A stretch of 64,000 nt of DNA from assembly GCA_012295275.1 (NCBI GenBank), contig CM022672.1:23684001-23748000 (forward strand). Reading direction: 5' to 3'. Below are positions 38,385 through 53,486 of this stretch, piece after piece; positions within the stretch are counted from its first letter, which is position 1; the number at the start of each line of letters is the position of its first letter. The stretch is from Chrysomallon squamiferum. Its lineage: Eukaryota > Animalia > Mollusca. Both the position numbers and the translations under genes were made by a program. The notes beneath the pieces were generated by a model, which saw nothing but the letters and a program-made list of their open reading frames with translations, was not told the DNA's origin and did no database searches.

Positions 38385-41300
38385 ATGTTTCTTAAAAAAA
38401 TAATTGGTAAATCTATTTGTTTTACCACAATTTTTTCCAAAACATTTCTTCACAATTCAAACAACAGGTTAGTCGTTTAGTAAATTAGTAGTTGGTCTGA
38501 CGACAGAAAAAACATTTTTATTTGTCATTGACATAGCTGCGTCAGTTCTGCTGTGACTAAAACAACAACTACTACTACTATTACTGCAACTACTACTAAC
38601 TATAATAATAATCTTCATGATAATAATCAGCTTATGCTAAAAATGAAAGAGCTGCAGATTTCATTGATTTGTTCATTCATCATTGTTGTTGTGAACTTTT
38701 AATAAATGTAATCAGCAATTAGTAGTTTTAACAGTATTTATTAGCACACATACATAAAAAAAGACAAAACCCCCCAAAAAACTCCCCGAATATACATATA
38801 TATATATATACTTTGGGGGTGTTCATGGCCTTTTTTTTTTTTTTTTTTCTTTTTTTAATAATTAACAAATTTTTAATGCCATTTGATGTAAAAGCATTAT
38901 AAAAAAAAAAATTACAGCACTGTATGTCCACAGGATGAATTTCTTTTCTTTGAGAAAATTAATTTTATTTTAAAAGCTGCTTTTTGTCTACTTTCAGGTA
39001 TCTTTCAGTCATGACAAAAGAATATATAAAAGTTGTTTTAGAAAATGAGGAAATCATTCGATCAGCTCAAGATAAGAGACTGTATCGAGGTCTGGAACTG
39101 ACCAATGGAATGAAAATAATGCTGATCAGTGATCCAGAAACGGATAAATCAGCAGCAGCCATGGATATACATATTGGTACTAATAACAAATAATATTTTC
39201 TGTTATTAATTTCTTAAACTTAATAAACACTATTACATTTCTACTAGTGATTTATTTGTATATATTTCAATGTTAATACCATACCAAGCATAATAATAAA
39301 CTTAAAAATCAGGATAAAATTTATAACATTCCAATGCTCTATTTTATTTATGGCTAAAGTTCTTTTTTTCCTTGGAGAGTGAGAATGTTTATACCAAAGA
39401 AAACAATATAATAAGACATTTGTAAATTAGTTTATAAAAAAAATGGTATATTTAAATACTGCAAAATTTGTACAATTTTTTATCAACATTTTTGCAGTCC
39501 TGCTAAATTGTGTCCAGTTGCAACCATTCATGTCCAGTAGTGTCAGCTGCATCCAATTTTATTTTTAGCACAATAAAACTCACTCACTGGCACCTCTGGA
39601 CTTCAAGTTAGCATGACCATTATTTTCCTTATTTTTTTTGTTATTAGGGTTTATGAAAGATCCCAGAGAACTACCAGGGTTGGCTCATTTTTGTGAACAT
39701 ATGTTGTTTATGGGAACAGAAAAGGTAAAATTTAATTTATCTCACATATTTCTTCAGATAATTTCAAGCAATTTGTAATTAACTACTTATTAAGTAAATC
39801 AAAAATCTTTGTCAAGGAAACAAAACATCTATATATGAAATAACTGTAATTCTCTATGCACTGCTATTTTTGTGAATTTATTATGTTATTGTTTTCTGAT
39901 ATAATATTTCTGTATCTGACACATTCAATTTTTTTTCAGTATCCTGAAGAAAATGAATATTCAAAGGTAATTACATTTATCTCTTGCACTCCTGTTTCTG
40001 AAAATATTATACAACCAATGTAACAGTTTTTGAAAAATCACAAATTTATACTTTTTCGTGAAATGCTGATCTACAGTTTTATTACATTTTCAAATGATAA
40101 ATTTTGCAGCGTTTGTAATAACATTAGTGAAATCAGTAATATTAATAAATATGTAATAACTAATGTATTCAGTTATAGACTATAACTGGTTCCACTTAGT
40201 TGTGTTGTAATTGTTATTTTAACAAATACAAAATCATAGTTAAAAACAGTTTTGATACAAATATTTAAAATAAATTTTCTTAATTGTTTTGTAGTTTTTG
40301 AGTGAACATGGTGGTTCATCAAATGCATTCACCTCATCAGAACACACCAATTATTTTTTTGATGTAAGTCCTGAATATTTATCAGGAGCTCTGGACAGGT
40401 AACAATTCATGTCTCTTTTTAGTTTACTTCTAGCAGTTATGCTTTGTGTGTGTGTGTGTGTCTGTCTTTATATTGCAAAGTTATGGTATTCTCAATAAGT
40501 ATGAAGAATTCAAAAACCATAATTATTACAACTGACTACATAATAATTTATATTATTTTCAGAAGACAAAGTATTGTTGTTGTAGCTTAATTCATATTTA
40601 ACACATTATTCTTAGAGTTCTGATGTATTATTTATGTACTTAAAATCATATACTTTCTTTATTACATTTATAAATATTTTTTAATGGGATCATATTGAGA
40701 GTTTATTCAGTGTTATGTCCTTGTATTTTCAGATTTGCTCAGTTCTTCATATGTCCCTTGTTTACAGCATCTGCAACAGAAAGAGAAGTGAATGCTGTTA
40801 ATTCAGAAAATGACAAAAATTTACACAGTGATCAATGGAGATTGATGCAATTAGAAAAAAGTTTGGCAAATCCAGAACATGACTACAACAAGTTTGGTGC
40901 TGGTAGGTTTGGAATTTCTTTAAAAATACATACTATAAAATAGCATATTTTTTGACAGAAATAAAGTGAATCAGTTATTAATTATGGAGTTTTAAGGTAA
41001 TTGCAAAATGTATATCAGAGTTTGATATAAAGGACTGCATTTATAAAAAAGTTAACAGCCTTTTTTTTGAAAACTATTCATATAAACCTTTGTCTTGATT
41101 ATTTTACTCACTCAGACTTGCACATTTGCTTTCTTTATACAGAAAGATAACATGTTATTAGTATATCAAATAAATGAATAAAATGTATTTTTCAGGTAAC
41201 AAAGAAACTTTAGAAACAATTCCTAAGGAAAAAGGTATCAACACGAGAGATGAATTGCTGAAATTCCATTCTCAGTATTATTCTTCAAATATTATGGGTT

Positions 41301-44300
41301 TGGCAGTTCTAGGCAAAGGTTAGATGTTCCTCAAAATAACTTAACTATATAACTGTTTATCAACATTATGTAGTATTTTGTACAGTATTGCTTATGGGTA
41401 TTGCTGTATATTTATATGTTTTTATTTATTATTACATCTGATAGCTATAAACATAGTTGTAGAGAATAGAAGAGTTCAGAATCATCGGCAGTTTCTTCAA
41501 CAAGTTACAAAAGAAACTTGTCAAATAATTTGAAACTATCTTTCTAAATGAATTCTTCTTTTGTTTAATTTTGTTATGAATTTTATTTCATTTCCATAAT
41601 TAAATGTTGTCTTCTATTAACAGAAGTACTTCCATCTTACTTTAATTTTCACATTTTTTTTGTTTTTTGTTTAACAGAGTCACTAGATGAATTAACAGAT
41701 ATAGTTGTACCTCTTTTTGCAAAAACCAAGAACAAGAATGTTGAAATACCTTGCTGGGATGTCAATCCTTTTGTACCAGATCGGATGCAGGTACTAACTA
41801 GGAATACTTATAGTTTATATCTTGAAATATGACATGTTAACAAACATATGCATATATGTTAATACATAAACCATAGTTAATGAAGATATATTCTCTTCAG
41901 AATTAAAGTATCTGTATAAAACATTTTGTTTTGCTTTTTTATTTAATTCTTAAAAGTTAAACAGTGAAGAATAGGATCTGTTGTGTATAGAGACTATGAT
42001 GTTTATAGCTACATGCCAAAAACGCTCATATTTAGATCTAGATAGAACATGAAAATAACTGGCATTTTAGTAAATAGCATTTTTGAATTTGACAAGTTTG
42101 GAAACATACTTTTAGAATATCATGAATTGGAATAGCAGTTTTTTTCTGAACTAATTTAAATAATTTGTTATTTTCTTTTGTGAAAACATTTAATGCACAA
42201 AATATTTTAGATTTTAATTTGTATATTTCTTTCATTTTTCCCTTTTTAGACTAAAGTTATGGTTACACCTATCAAGGATATTCGCAACATGAATGTAATG
42301 TGGCCAATACCAGATCTGGATCCATACTACTCATCAAATGTAAGTCTGCCTGATTGAAATTATAATATCTATTTAACATTTATAGAATTGTAATAGTAGA
42401 AATAAAATTGTAGATTTAAGATGCTCTTGACAAAATACAGATTATCCACTTTTTCTCTTGCTTATGTTAGAAATCCGTGGAGTGATTACAGTTCTGTTAT
42501 TGTTTGTATTTATTTGGTAAGATCATTTGAACAAACTTTTATATATTTTGGGAAATCAGTACTAATTAATTTAATATAAAAAAATACATTGGTCTAGATT
42601 AACTGATCTATTAACACAAATTTGTATGGGTTTCATGTTGTTTAGGTTTTTTTTGTTGTTTTTTTACATTTCTGTTTATTAGTTGATGCAATAGTTTATT
42701 GTTTTTCTTTTCAGCCTGCTCATTATCTGGGACATCTAATTGGACATGAAGGTCCTGGCAGTCTGTTGTCAGAGCTCAAGAATAAAGGTATAGTACTCTG
42801 TTACTTGTTCATTAAAAGCTGTATTATATTTTTCATTTCTATAAAAAAAGATGCATAATTTTAATTAACATTTGTTGTCCAAAAAGTCATTACCTGTCTC
42901 CTGTTCAGAAGATGCTACCAAGTTGTTATTAATTTATTCAAATACTTCACCTGTATTTGGATTGTAAAATGTAACTTTGGTTTTTGGTTTCAAACATTTG
43001 TTTATTGCTAACCATTTTACAGAAAATACATTGTAAAGTTCTAATATTTTGTTTTACTCAGGATGGGTTAATGCACTGGTTGGTGGATATCAGCATGGAG
43101 CAAAAGGATTTGGATTTTTTATATTCAATGTAGATCTTACAGAAGAAGGCCAAGGTAAAAGATGAATCATTTGTGAAATAATTATTGACCTTTGCTTGTT
43201 GTTTTTGCTTAAAATGTATCAGCTACTAACTTTAATTAAGTTCAGTTATGCCTAAGGCTTTAATTAAACAAACTGTGTGCATGTTTTGATGGTTTGGTTT
43301 AGTAAATTAAATTTAAAATAATAAATTTTCATTAAACATATTTTAGATTTTAGAAACAAATTATTTATTTCTGGTGACAGTGAGAAAGTGAAAAAGAGAT
43401 ATTCATAGGAAATATGTTATGTTAGAAAATGGACTGTTTTTACAGCATGCAATTGACTGGTCTTCTGATACAGTGGTGGCAAAGTCAGTGGAATAAATGT
43501 AATGTTTAGGCTTATTTTCCCAATTCCTGCTATCATACAAGTTGTTTATATATATATATAAAACATATTTTTGTTTCTGTATCAGAACATATTGAGGACA
43601 TCATAACTCTGGCTTATCAGTACATCCACATGTTGAGAAGGGAAGGAGTGAAAGAATGGATATTTAAAGAGTGTCAGGTTTGTTATACTAATAATTTTCA
43701 TTAAAATTGTTTCATTTTTGTGAATGGAGAGTTTTGACTGAGGTATTAAAAACTGAATGATCAAGTCTCACCAGTGTTTCTGCTAACATATTTACTCTCC
43801 AGACAGTGCATGAGACTGGTTTATCAAATGGTGTGGTATAGTGCCTTTGTAATGGCAGTGTTTTCATACAAAGGACAAAAAAGACTGAAAATGTCTCAAG
43901 ATGTTTTTAAACATTTATACTTGTTATTGTTTTTAATGAGGACTGATATCAGAATGCATGTTAATAACATGTATTAATATAAATACATACGTTTTTTTTA
44001 AATATATTTTATTTATTTAATAGGAAATTGATGCAATACGATTCAGATTTAAGGACAAAGAGAAGCCTAGAGGATACTCAAGTCATATTTCATGTTTACT
44101 ACATGTGAGTGAATTTATAATTTTACTTTATTCCTGATCACCTGTAGCAAATGCTTTTATATCTAGCTTGTACTATTTATTACTGATATTATGCTTTTCA
44201 TTTTCATTATTGTTATTAATATCATCATCATCATCATTTTGTTGTTACTGTTGTTGTTATTATTGTTATTATTATACTTATTAATATTGTTGTTGTTGTT

Positions 44301-47300
44301 ATTATTATTATTACTGTTACTTTACTGTTAGTGTTACTGTTATTGTTACTGTTATTATTATTATTATCTGAATAAAATGTCAATCAGTTTAATATAAAAA
44401 ATTTACATCTGAGACTACTTGTAATAGTTCTGTACACAGTCTAAATGTGTTTTACAAATGAAGAATTTATGAAGCCATTACGTAATTATCAGAATTGAAT
44501 GATTATTTATTTGTAAGAATGTTTTGTTACTACTATTTTGTTTGAATCAGAAATATCCTTTGAAAGAAGTTTTGAGTGGGGAGCAGCTGCTGACTGAGTA
44601 TCGACCTGATTTAATACAGACAGTTCTTGACAAACTTGAACCTGAAAACATGAGGTTTGCATATAACACATACTTTTCCTAAGTGTACAAGAAAGGAAAA
44701 AAATAAAAAATTCAATCTCATTCTATGAGAAGCACATATATAGCTGTATCAAAATAACAAAAAAAAAAAAAAATAATAAAATGGTACAGAAGGCTTGCGG
44801 GATTTCTGATATCATAAATTGTTTATATTTCTTGACAACATGTGAGCTTTGCATTTGTTACATAGATTTCCTGAGTATAAAAGAAAGGTAAAAAAAATAC
44901 AATTTTGTGACAAGGACATATACAAGCTATATCAAAAGAAAAAAAAGCAAATATAATAAAACATCATTGAGGACTAGTGGCATTACTAATATCATAAATT
45001 GTGTACAGTTCTTCATAATTTCCTCTTATTCAGATATCATTAATTTATAGTTTTCTCTTAATCATTTACTCTTAAAAATGAAATCTATTTTTATTTGTTT
45101 AATGTCTTCTCTTAAAATATTGAAGACCGGTTAGTTACTTGAATAATATTTAATTAATGCTTCTGGCATTTGTTTCTTGGAATAGCATATCCAGTTTTTA
45201 CCATGCATAACAGAGTTGCTTCATACAAATTACCAAATTGTATTTATAATTATTTTCTGTGAACTAATTCTTCATCTTTCTAAAACATGTACAATTAATA
45301 AACATATCTCTGTTTCTTTAGTTGATGTGTTTGTTCTTTTTTCTTTCAGAGTGATTGTTGTGTCAAAAAAGTTTGAAGGACAAACAGATCAGAAAGAGTT
45401 TTGGTATGGAACAGACTATAAACTGGAGAAAATTCCAAGTTCTCTGATTGAGGTAAGAAGTAAAATCTGATAGAAAAGTGATAATATGCAGAATCTAACA
45501 GAATGTTTCATGTACTCTGTGTATATGATTTCAAGAAAAATACTTTAATTGGTTAGAGAACTTAGCATTTGCATCAGTAAAGTTAATAAAAATTTTGCCT
45601 TATGAAAACTACAGAATACTGCGAACTGTGATCAAAATCTTTTATTGTTCATTATGTTCAGTGCTGGATAAAGACATGGGGTGTATCCCAAATGCCTCCA
45701 GACGTTATGTGAAGAGATAAATTAAAATTGAAATTTTTGTTCTTATTTGAAATGTTTTAAAAATTGCAGCTCTGGAATAATGGTGGTTACCATGATAGTC
45801 TTCGTCTGCCAGGGAAAAATGAGTTTATTGCATCAAACTTTGACATTGTCAAAAGAGAACCTGAGGTAAAACTCTTTTATTCATATAAACATTACACTGA
45901 GTATTTTCTCATTTCAGTGAATATTTACTCTTTTATTGAACGTTCTGAATAAATTATTAGCTGCAGCAATATTAAAACTTAAACAGAAAGATCTCATAAT
46001 ATAAGATTAAAAAGTTATTTTAGAAATTAATTTAATATACATTAATATGAACTTCATAGTTCATATTCATTCTTTATAATTGTTATCTAATTTGTATTTT
46101 CAGATGTCTCCTGTACCAGAAATCATTAAGGTATTTTGTGTGTTACTGAAAAAGGCCAATAAAACATGCTTCTAACATAGTATATAATTAATTAAAATAT
46201 TGCCTTTTTCATGTATATATGTGTGAGATAATGGATTACATTTCTGAAAGAAATAACCTTTTATAATAATTTAATCATTTCATTTTTTTTATGATATTAT
46301 CTTTTTATCTGTTAATTTCAATCTGAGTCTTTCTTTCTTTAAATTTTTTTTTTCTCTTTCTTTCTTTCTGTTCAGCATAAATATGAAATTATTAATAGCT
46401 ACAGCCATAATACTTGCACTGATTTGTTTTGCACTTGCAGGAAAGTGATATGTGCAGGCTGTGGTTCAAGCAAGATGACAAATTCTTATTACCAAAAGCC
46501 TGTATGAGTTTTGAAATGGTTAGGTATGTGGTCAGGGAAGATTTTATTTTTGTAGTATTATATGATTTAAAGACAAAACTGAATTATGTTTCCTCTTCAA
46601 CTCTTTGATCATTTACTCTTTAATTTAGTTACTAAACTTTAGTGTTTGTGATTTAAATATCGTAACCTGCTTTGTTGAAAAACATCACAGTGTCTTTTAA
46701 CGTGTGACAACAAGTTTTATTAGAAGTTAGAGTTAAAAGTGAAAGTGTGTAAAGGTATCAGTTACTTGCCATTCTCTTCACATCATAGATTCTCACAACC
46801 TAAATCCATCAGTGAGTGCAATTCTTAGTAATTGTGATTCCTTATCAGTTAATAATTGATTAAAAGCATTTAAAAAAAAAAAATTTACACCTTAATACAA
46901 TTGTGTGTATTTCCTGTAATAATTTATTGAATTTATGATATCTCAGAATTAATTTTAGGGTTAAATTGAAGCTGAGGAATGTAACTATTAAATTTTATCC
47001 ATTCATTTTATTCACATTATGTTTATATTTCACAGCAACATAACTAAGAGGTCTTTTGTTTTTGTTTCTTTTATTTCTTTTCTTTATTTTTTTGTTTCTT
47101 TTTTTTCTTTTCTTTTTTGTGAGAATGAATGTTTTCTTGTAAAGACTGACTTGCTAGGTTTTATTATTTATATTTTTGGATTTTGTTTCTGTCATTTATT
47201 ATTGATAGTGACAAAAGTATAACTGAACAGTTCAACACCTATGTTATTAAATGTGGAAATTATTATTTGTGAGTTAAATCACCCCCAGTTCACACTATAT

Positions 47301-49842
47301 TTTTGGTTTCACAGCAAAACATCTATGAGGTCTTCTTTTTGTCTTTCTCTCTCTTCTTTTTATTTATTTATTTTTTAATTTTTTATTTATTTATAAGAAT
47401 GAATGTTTTTTTAAAATTTAAATTAGCTTTCTAGGTTTTATTATTTATGTTTTTAGCTTTCATTTCTTTCATTTATAACTGGTAATGAAAAGAGTAAAAT
47501 TGTACAGTTCAGCATCAATGGTATTAAATTTGGAAATTATTACTTGTGAGTGAATCACCTCCAGTTCACACTCTATATTCACATTATATTTTTTGTTTCA
47601 CAGCAATATAATTATGAGGTCTTCTTTTTGTCTATTTCTCCTCTTTTTATTAATTTTTAATTATTTTTAGTTTTTTAAATATGTTTTACTTTTTGTGAGA
47701 ATGAATGTTTTCTTATATAGGTTAACTTGCTAGATTTTATTAATTATATCTTTCATTTCTGTTTTTTATTATTGATTAGTGACATTATATTCTATAATCA
47801 CATTATATTTTTGGTTTTAAGCTTTATCATTATGAGCTTTTCTTTTTGTCTGTCTGTCCGATTTTTATTTATTTATTCAGTATTTTGTATTTAAATTCTG
47901 TTCTGTATGCATTAATGCATTGTTATGTGCCTGTATTCAGGATCAGCATCAAATTACTGATGTAATGACCCCAAAACTGCTGAGGAAAAAAGAAATCTAG
48001 ATTATTTGTTGAAGTTTAGTACTATAGGTCATATTTATTATATGTGAATAAGAGAGTCCTGTTTAGCTTAATTGTTATTTATTTATCCAACAGTTTTAAA
48101 ATATTTTTACTTGTTACAGCCCTCTGGCTTACACTGATCCAGCTCATGCCAACATGAACAGTTTGTTTGTGTCCTTATTTAAAGATGCTCTCAATGAATA
48201 TGCATATGATGCTGAACTTGCTGGACTTCATTATGGACTGGATAGTTCTGTCTACGGAATAAATGTAAGTTTATTTTAAGCAATTTTTTCTAATAATGAT
48301 TTTATACTCTGTTGTTAATATTGGCATATATCACTGATTTGATATTTACACCAAAATTATATTTGTAAAACAATAAGAAGAATTATTTTAGCTCTGTTTG
48401 TGACTTTGAACTTTACAAAAAGGTGTGAAATATAATCTTTTTTTTACTGCTTTTTTTTATCAAATGTTGAAAAAGCTACAGTTTTGAATGTTGACTTTAT
48501 ATATGCTTAACACATTCAAAGCATTTTCAGAGGATGAAATTAAATATTGCCAAACACAAATCTGAATTCATTAAAAGTTAATTAAATTAACTAAGGCTTC
48601 AATTATTTTAAAAATAGGGAATAATTCTTCATTTTCAGTTTTAGAACAGTTAACATCTGTGATGTTTGAAACAGAATATATTCTTAAAGTATTTAGTATT
48701 AAATTCACATACTTGTAGTTCATTTTATTCCTTGTGTTTAAAATTTATTATTATTATTTTTTTTAAATAAAGAGATTTTAATTCTGCATAAAATTTACAT
48801 TTATAAAATGTTTTTGTTAAACAAATTTGTTGTAGCTGTCAATTCGAGGGTACAGTGAGAAGCAACATGTTCTGTTGAAGAAAGTTCTTGAAAAGCTAAC
48901 AGCTTTCGTAATTGACCCTAAACGATTTGGTATCATTAAAGATATGGTATGTATATCAATATAATATGCTGACAATAATGATCATATAATGTAGCATCAT
49001 CAGCAGTAATACATCATTTTTGTTTACTCTCTCTTTGATATTATCATCAGCAGTTCCTTAAATGATTTAAAAAAAAATCTTTTGAGGATATTCAATTTGA
49101 AACTAAAGAGTCATTTAAAAATAAAAAATAAAATATCTAAAATGACATCAGGGGCAATAATTACTGTTCTAGATCCAAACGACAGATATGTTTTCATTAT
49201 AGTTTTTTTTCTCTTTATAAATATGCTGTACAAACAAATATTTTAATATTAAACTGTTTTAAGAGCACGATAGGTTATGGAAAATGATTTTTTTTCATAC
49301 TAGCACCTTAATAAATATAACAACAGCAATTTGTTAAATTACTTAGTTTTATAAAACATATATATATATATAATGATATTATTAGTTCCCTATTATTTTA
49401 ACTTCAAATACTGCATGTTTTTACCACAGTCATTAACTAGTTCATTCATCTGATGTAAGTAAAGTAGCTTTTAATTAAAAAAATACTTTTTATTATGGAT
49501 GTTAGTAATGGGGTACAATTTCTTTTCGAGGTTAATTATTTAGAAATGTATTTGTTGCAGTATACTCGATCCTTGCACAACTTTGCAGCTGAGCAGCCAC
49601 ATCAGCATGCTATGTATTACACAGCCATACTCATGTCTGAGGTCTTCTGGACAAAGGCTGAGTTAATTGAAGCACTTGATGGTTTGTTGAAGTCCTTTTT
49701 AATCTTATGATTTTCAGTTTTTGCAAGCAGTCACATGGTGGCAATAATTATGTTAAAAGCTGAATTTTAATACATAATTTCACAAAATAACAACTGTAAT
49801 TTACCACTTAAGAAAAGAAGAAAATTAAAAATTAATTTTATA

Positions 49843-49886
<44 letters not shown>

Positions 49887-52800
49887 CTTAACAAAAATAA
49901 AAAAACAAATATCAACATAACTGATAATAATTTTTTTTTTAAATGTCTACTGTTATTAGAAAAAGAGAATGAGAACAAAACACTTAGATTATAATATTAT
50001 TTCATTTAAAAACAACAGCAAATATCAAAATGGTAACAGTACTTGTTTGTAAAGGCTGTTCTGAGAAAGCTTCAAAATATTTACTGATAATAAGATGTTT
50101 GTTTATTTGATTAATTCTGATGTATAAAGCATATTTTTTTTTGTATTACTGTAATGATTTTCTTTGCTGTTTTCAGAAGTCACTGTTGATAAGCTTCAGG
50201 AATACATTCCAGAGCTTCTATCTAAGTTGTACATAGAAGCACTTATATATGGTAATATCACAAAACAGGTATGTAAATTTTTATTTTTTTATTTTTTATC
50301 TATGAGATTAGTCTTTGTTTCTTGTTAAATTTCAAAGCTTTTGTTTATTTAACTAAGAAGGCTGTATATTTGTGTTAACACTACATGATGTAAAATAATT
50401 TATGAAAAAATGTGCCAGGTTAATAATTTTCTGTGTCACTTCTGTTGTTTTGTTATTAGAATTTGTAACTATTTTTATATTTTGCAGAACAAGTAATATA
50501 AGTAATTTTGTATAAATATTTCCTAAAAATATATAAAATGTGTGTGAGAGTGTGTGTGTGTGTCTGTGTGTGTCAGTGTTAAAATGTTCTTGCTGTAATT
50601 CTGTCTTCAGCAAGCTATTGACACATCAAGTGCAGTTGAGGATATACTGAAAGAAAAAATGGGCACCAAGCCTTTAACAAGAAGTCAGAGAAAACGTCTG
50701 CGAGAGGTTCAGTTGCCTGATGGTATGTCATACAAATATCTTTATTTTTTAACTATTTATTGAATTATTAGTAATTTTATTAAAATATCATCACATGAAA
50801 TTGTTACTAGTGAATCTCTAACTCAGTTATTAATGTTAATACTTATGAGCCAGCAAAAAAATGAAAAAATGATGAAGTTCATTTTTGATTTTTCAAGTGC
50901 TTTCTGCAATTTGCTTAAATAATTTGGAATTTAAATTTACATTTGTCTGATATTAATTTAAGGTTGTTACTACATGTACCAGAAACAAAATGAAGTACAC
51001 AAAAGCTCATGTATTGAAATCTACTACCAGTGTGGTCGACAGTGCTGTGATCTGAACATGATGTTAGAACTCTTCTGTCAGATCATTGATGAGCCATGCT
51101 TTAATATTCTGAGAAACCAGGAACAACTTGGTAAAACACCTTTGTGTATTAATTTGTTTGTTTTGTATGCCTTTTGCCTTTAGCATCTTAATCCAGAATA
51201 AGTATTTAGGGAATAATGAATCAAATTTAGTTAAAAGAATTACTGAAATATTGATACTGGTTTTGGTTCAGTTAGCACTGACATATTTTTGTCTAAGCAC
51301 AAATTGTATTAGTAACTATAATAATAATAATATATATTTTGTATTTTCTAAAGAAATTAAATTCACAGAGTTGATGAAACTCTTTGCAATGACTGGTATG
51401 TAATCAGCTAGATAATTCCATTTTTACAGAAAGCACTTTTGCAATATTAAAACAGTTTAATTATATTTTTTATAACAATATATCTTTAAAATTTTCTGGA
51501 ACATGATATATATATATTTTCAAATTACAGAGTTAAGGAAATAATATTCCATTGTCAGGTACTTCAGTGTACGCATGATGCAACAATTTGGGTTATAAAA
51601 TAAACTGAGAGTGTAATACTGTCTGTGGTGTAACATATTTTGGGTGTATTTTCCAGGATACATTGTATTCAGTGGAATCCGTCGCTCCAGTGGAGTTCAG
51701 GGCCTCCGAGTGATTGTACAGTCAGACAAATCACCTGCCTTTGTTGAGGGAAGAGTTGAAGCATTCCTCAAAAGCATGGGAGTAAGTGAAGATTAGAAAT
51801 GTATAAATTTGTGTGAAGTAAATAGCTAAAACCATCCAACAAACGAAATTAAAAAAACCACTTAATAAAGAAGGAAAGAAATTATGAGTGAAAATGACAA
51901 AGGAAATACATGAAATAATAAATGTATTATTAGCTTGATTCTTTATGCAGATAAAATACCAGACAAGAGCAGCAGAAAGATAGATAAAAATGTATATCCA
52001 AACTTATTTTTGTGGGATGAATTTTTTTTAGTGGTTATTATTATTATTCTTATTAGGAATACATAACTAAGATGACAGATGAGGAATACCAGAAACATGT
52101 AAAAGCTTTGGCAGCAAAGAGATTGGAACAACCAAAAAAGCTGGCAGCACAAAATCTCAAAATACTGGGGAGAAATAGTTTCACATCAGTACCATTTTGA
52201 CAGAGGTATGTATAATTAATAGTGTTTTTAAGATTTTATACAACATTTAAAAACGCAACATCCGGCAAAAATAAAAAACAAATTAATTTTGGTAATTTTA
52301 AAGCTCTTTAAATATATTTAAAAAATGAAAAAAGCCCATAATCTGCAAAAAATAAAGAAATAAACAAGATAAATAAATAAACTTAGTAAAACAAAAAACA
52401 AAATAGTAATAATTAGTAAATGAAAATAACAAAATAATTAAGTGTTAAAACTGCAGCCATCTGACCTTTTGTAAACTCCTGCAAGATTTGTTGGAGTAAT
52501 ATTTGTGAAAATACACTTTATGTTATTTATAATTTCTTTTCTTTTTTTCTTTTTTTCTATCTAGATAACTCTGAGGTTGCATTTCTCAAAGAAATTACAA
52601 AAGAAGATTTGATAAAATTTTATAAGGTATCTTATTACTTACAGCTGTTAATGATGACTTAATATCAATTAAAAGTAAAGCATTTCATGTAATCTTGGCT
52701 ATATATTATTTAATAAGAAAAAGAATGACTGTGTAGTGGTCACGTATCACTTTGCTGTATTTCGTTTCTGGTATTAAGATGTCATTTTCATACCATCCAG

Positions 52801-53486
52801 TTATAATGTAATTGGCATGTCGGTTGTACCTCAAATAATGTATAATGTAAGATAATATAGCTGTGTTTGTGAACTGTTTTCAGACACTGATCTCTCATGA
52901 TGCCCCTCAGAGACACAAATTATGTGTACATGTAGTATCTACGTTGGAGCCAGTTGATGACGTGACCAAGTCAATAGATGGCTTAGAGACTGTGATACAG
53001 ACAACATGTGCTACGGTTAGTATATCAATCACTGATTTCACAACAGAACACAATTTTAATGTTAAATTAAATATTTTTCATAATGATTAAAATAAATTGA
53101 TGCTAGTTTTAAATTTTAAAATTATGTTTCTCAAAAAATGTATATAATAAAACAATTAAATTAATAATAAACAAAAATAAATAAATAAACAAATAAATTG
53201 ACAAAGTATAATGGACCTTAGCTATGTTGATTGGTTTTCATGTTTTATATTTTTTGGGAAAATTTGTAAGTTATATTTGGAATATCAGTAATGGAATATT
53301 TAAAAAAGAAATGTTTTGTTCTATTAGTGACTGATTAAGTAATTCTTTTTCATTATTCCATATTGCTTATTTTATATCTTGTAGCCTGTCATTGTAACAG
53401 ATGAGTATGAGTTCAAGAGAGAGCTAGCTCTGTATCCACTTGCTAAACCATACATTGATCTGACAAAGGCAAAATCGAAACTGTGA
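38385..53486 (+). CDS. IDE: Insulin-degrading enzyme (insulysin, M16A metalloprotease), ~29 exons
   Basis: Exons include 38385-38467, 38998-39176 ([36 protein letters not shown]), 39648-39724 ([22 protein letters not shown], inverted zinc motif HxxEH), 40733-40902 ([10 protein letters not shown]), 42715-42787 ([16 protein letters not shown]), 48120-48264 ([13 protein letters not shown]), 50963-51130 ([11 protein letters not shown]), 53385-53486 ending AKSKL*. One +1 homopolymer frameshift at ~52160. Confidence 0.96.
47005..47830. repeat. Three diverged ~280-bp tandem units in an IDE intron
   Basis: Recurring tttcacagcaa..gaggtctt..gaatgaatgtttt..ctag(g/a)ttttatta at ~47025, ~47305 and ~47595. 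Confidence 0.8.
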
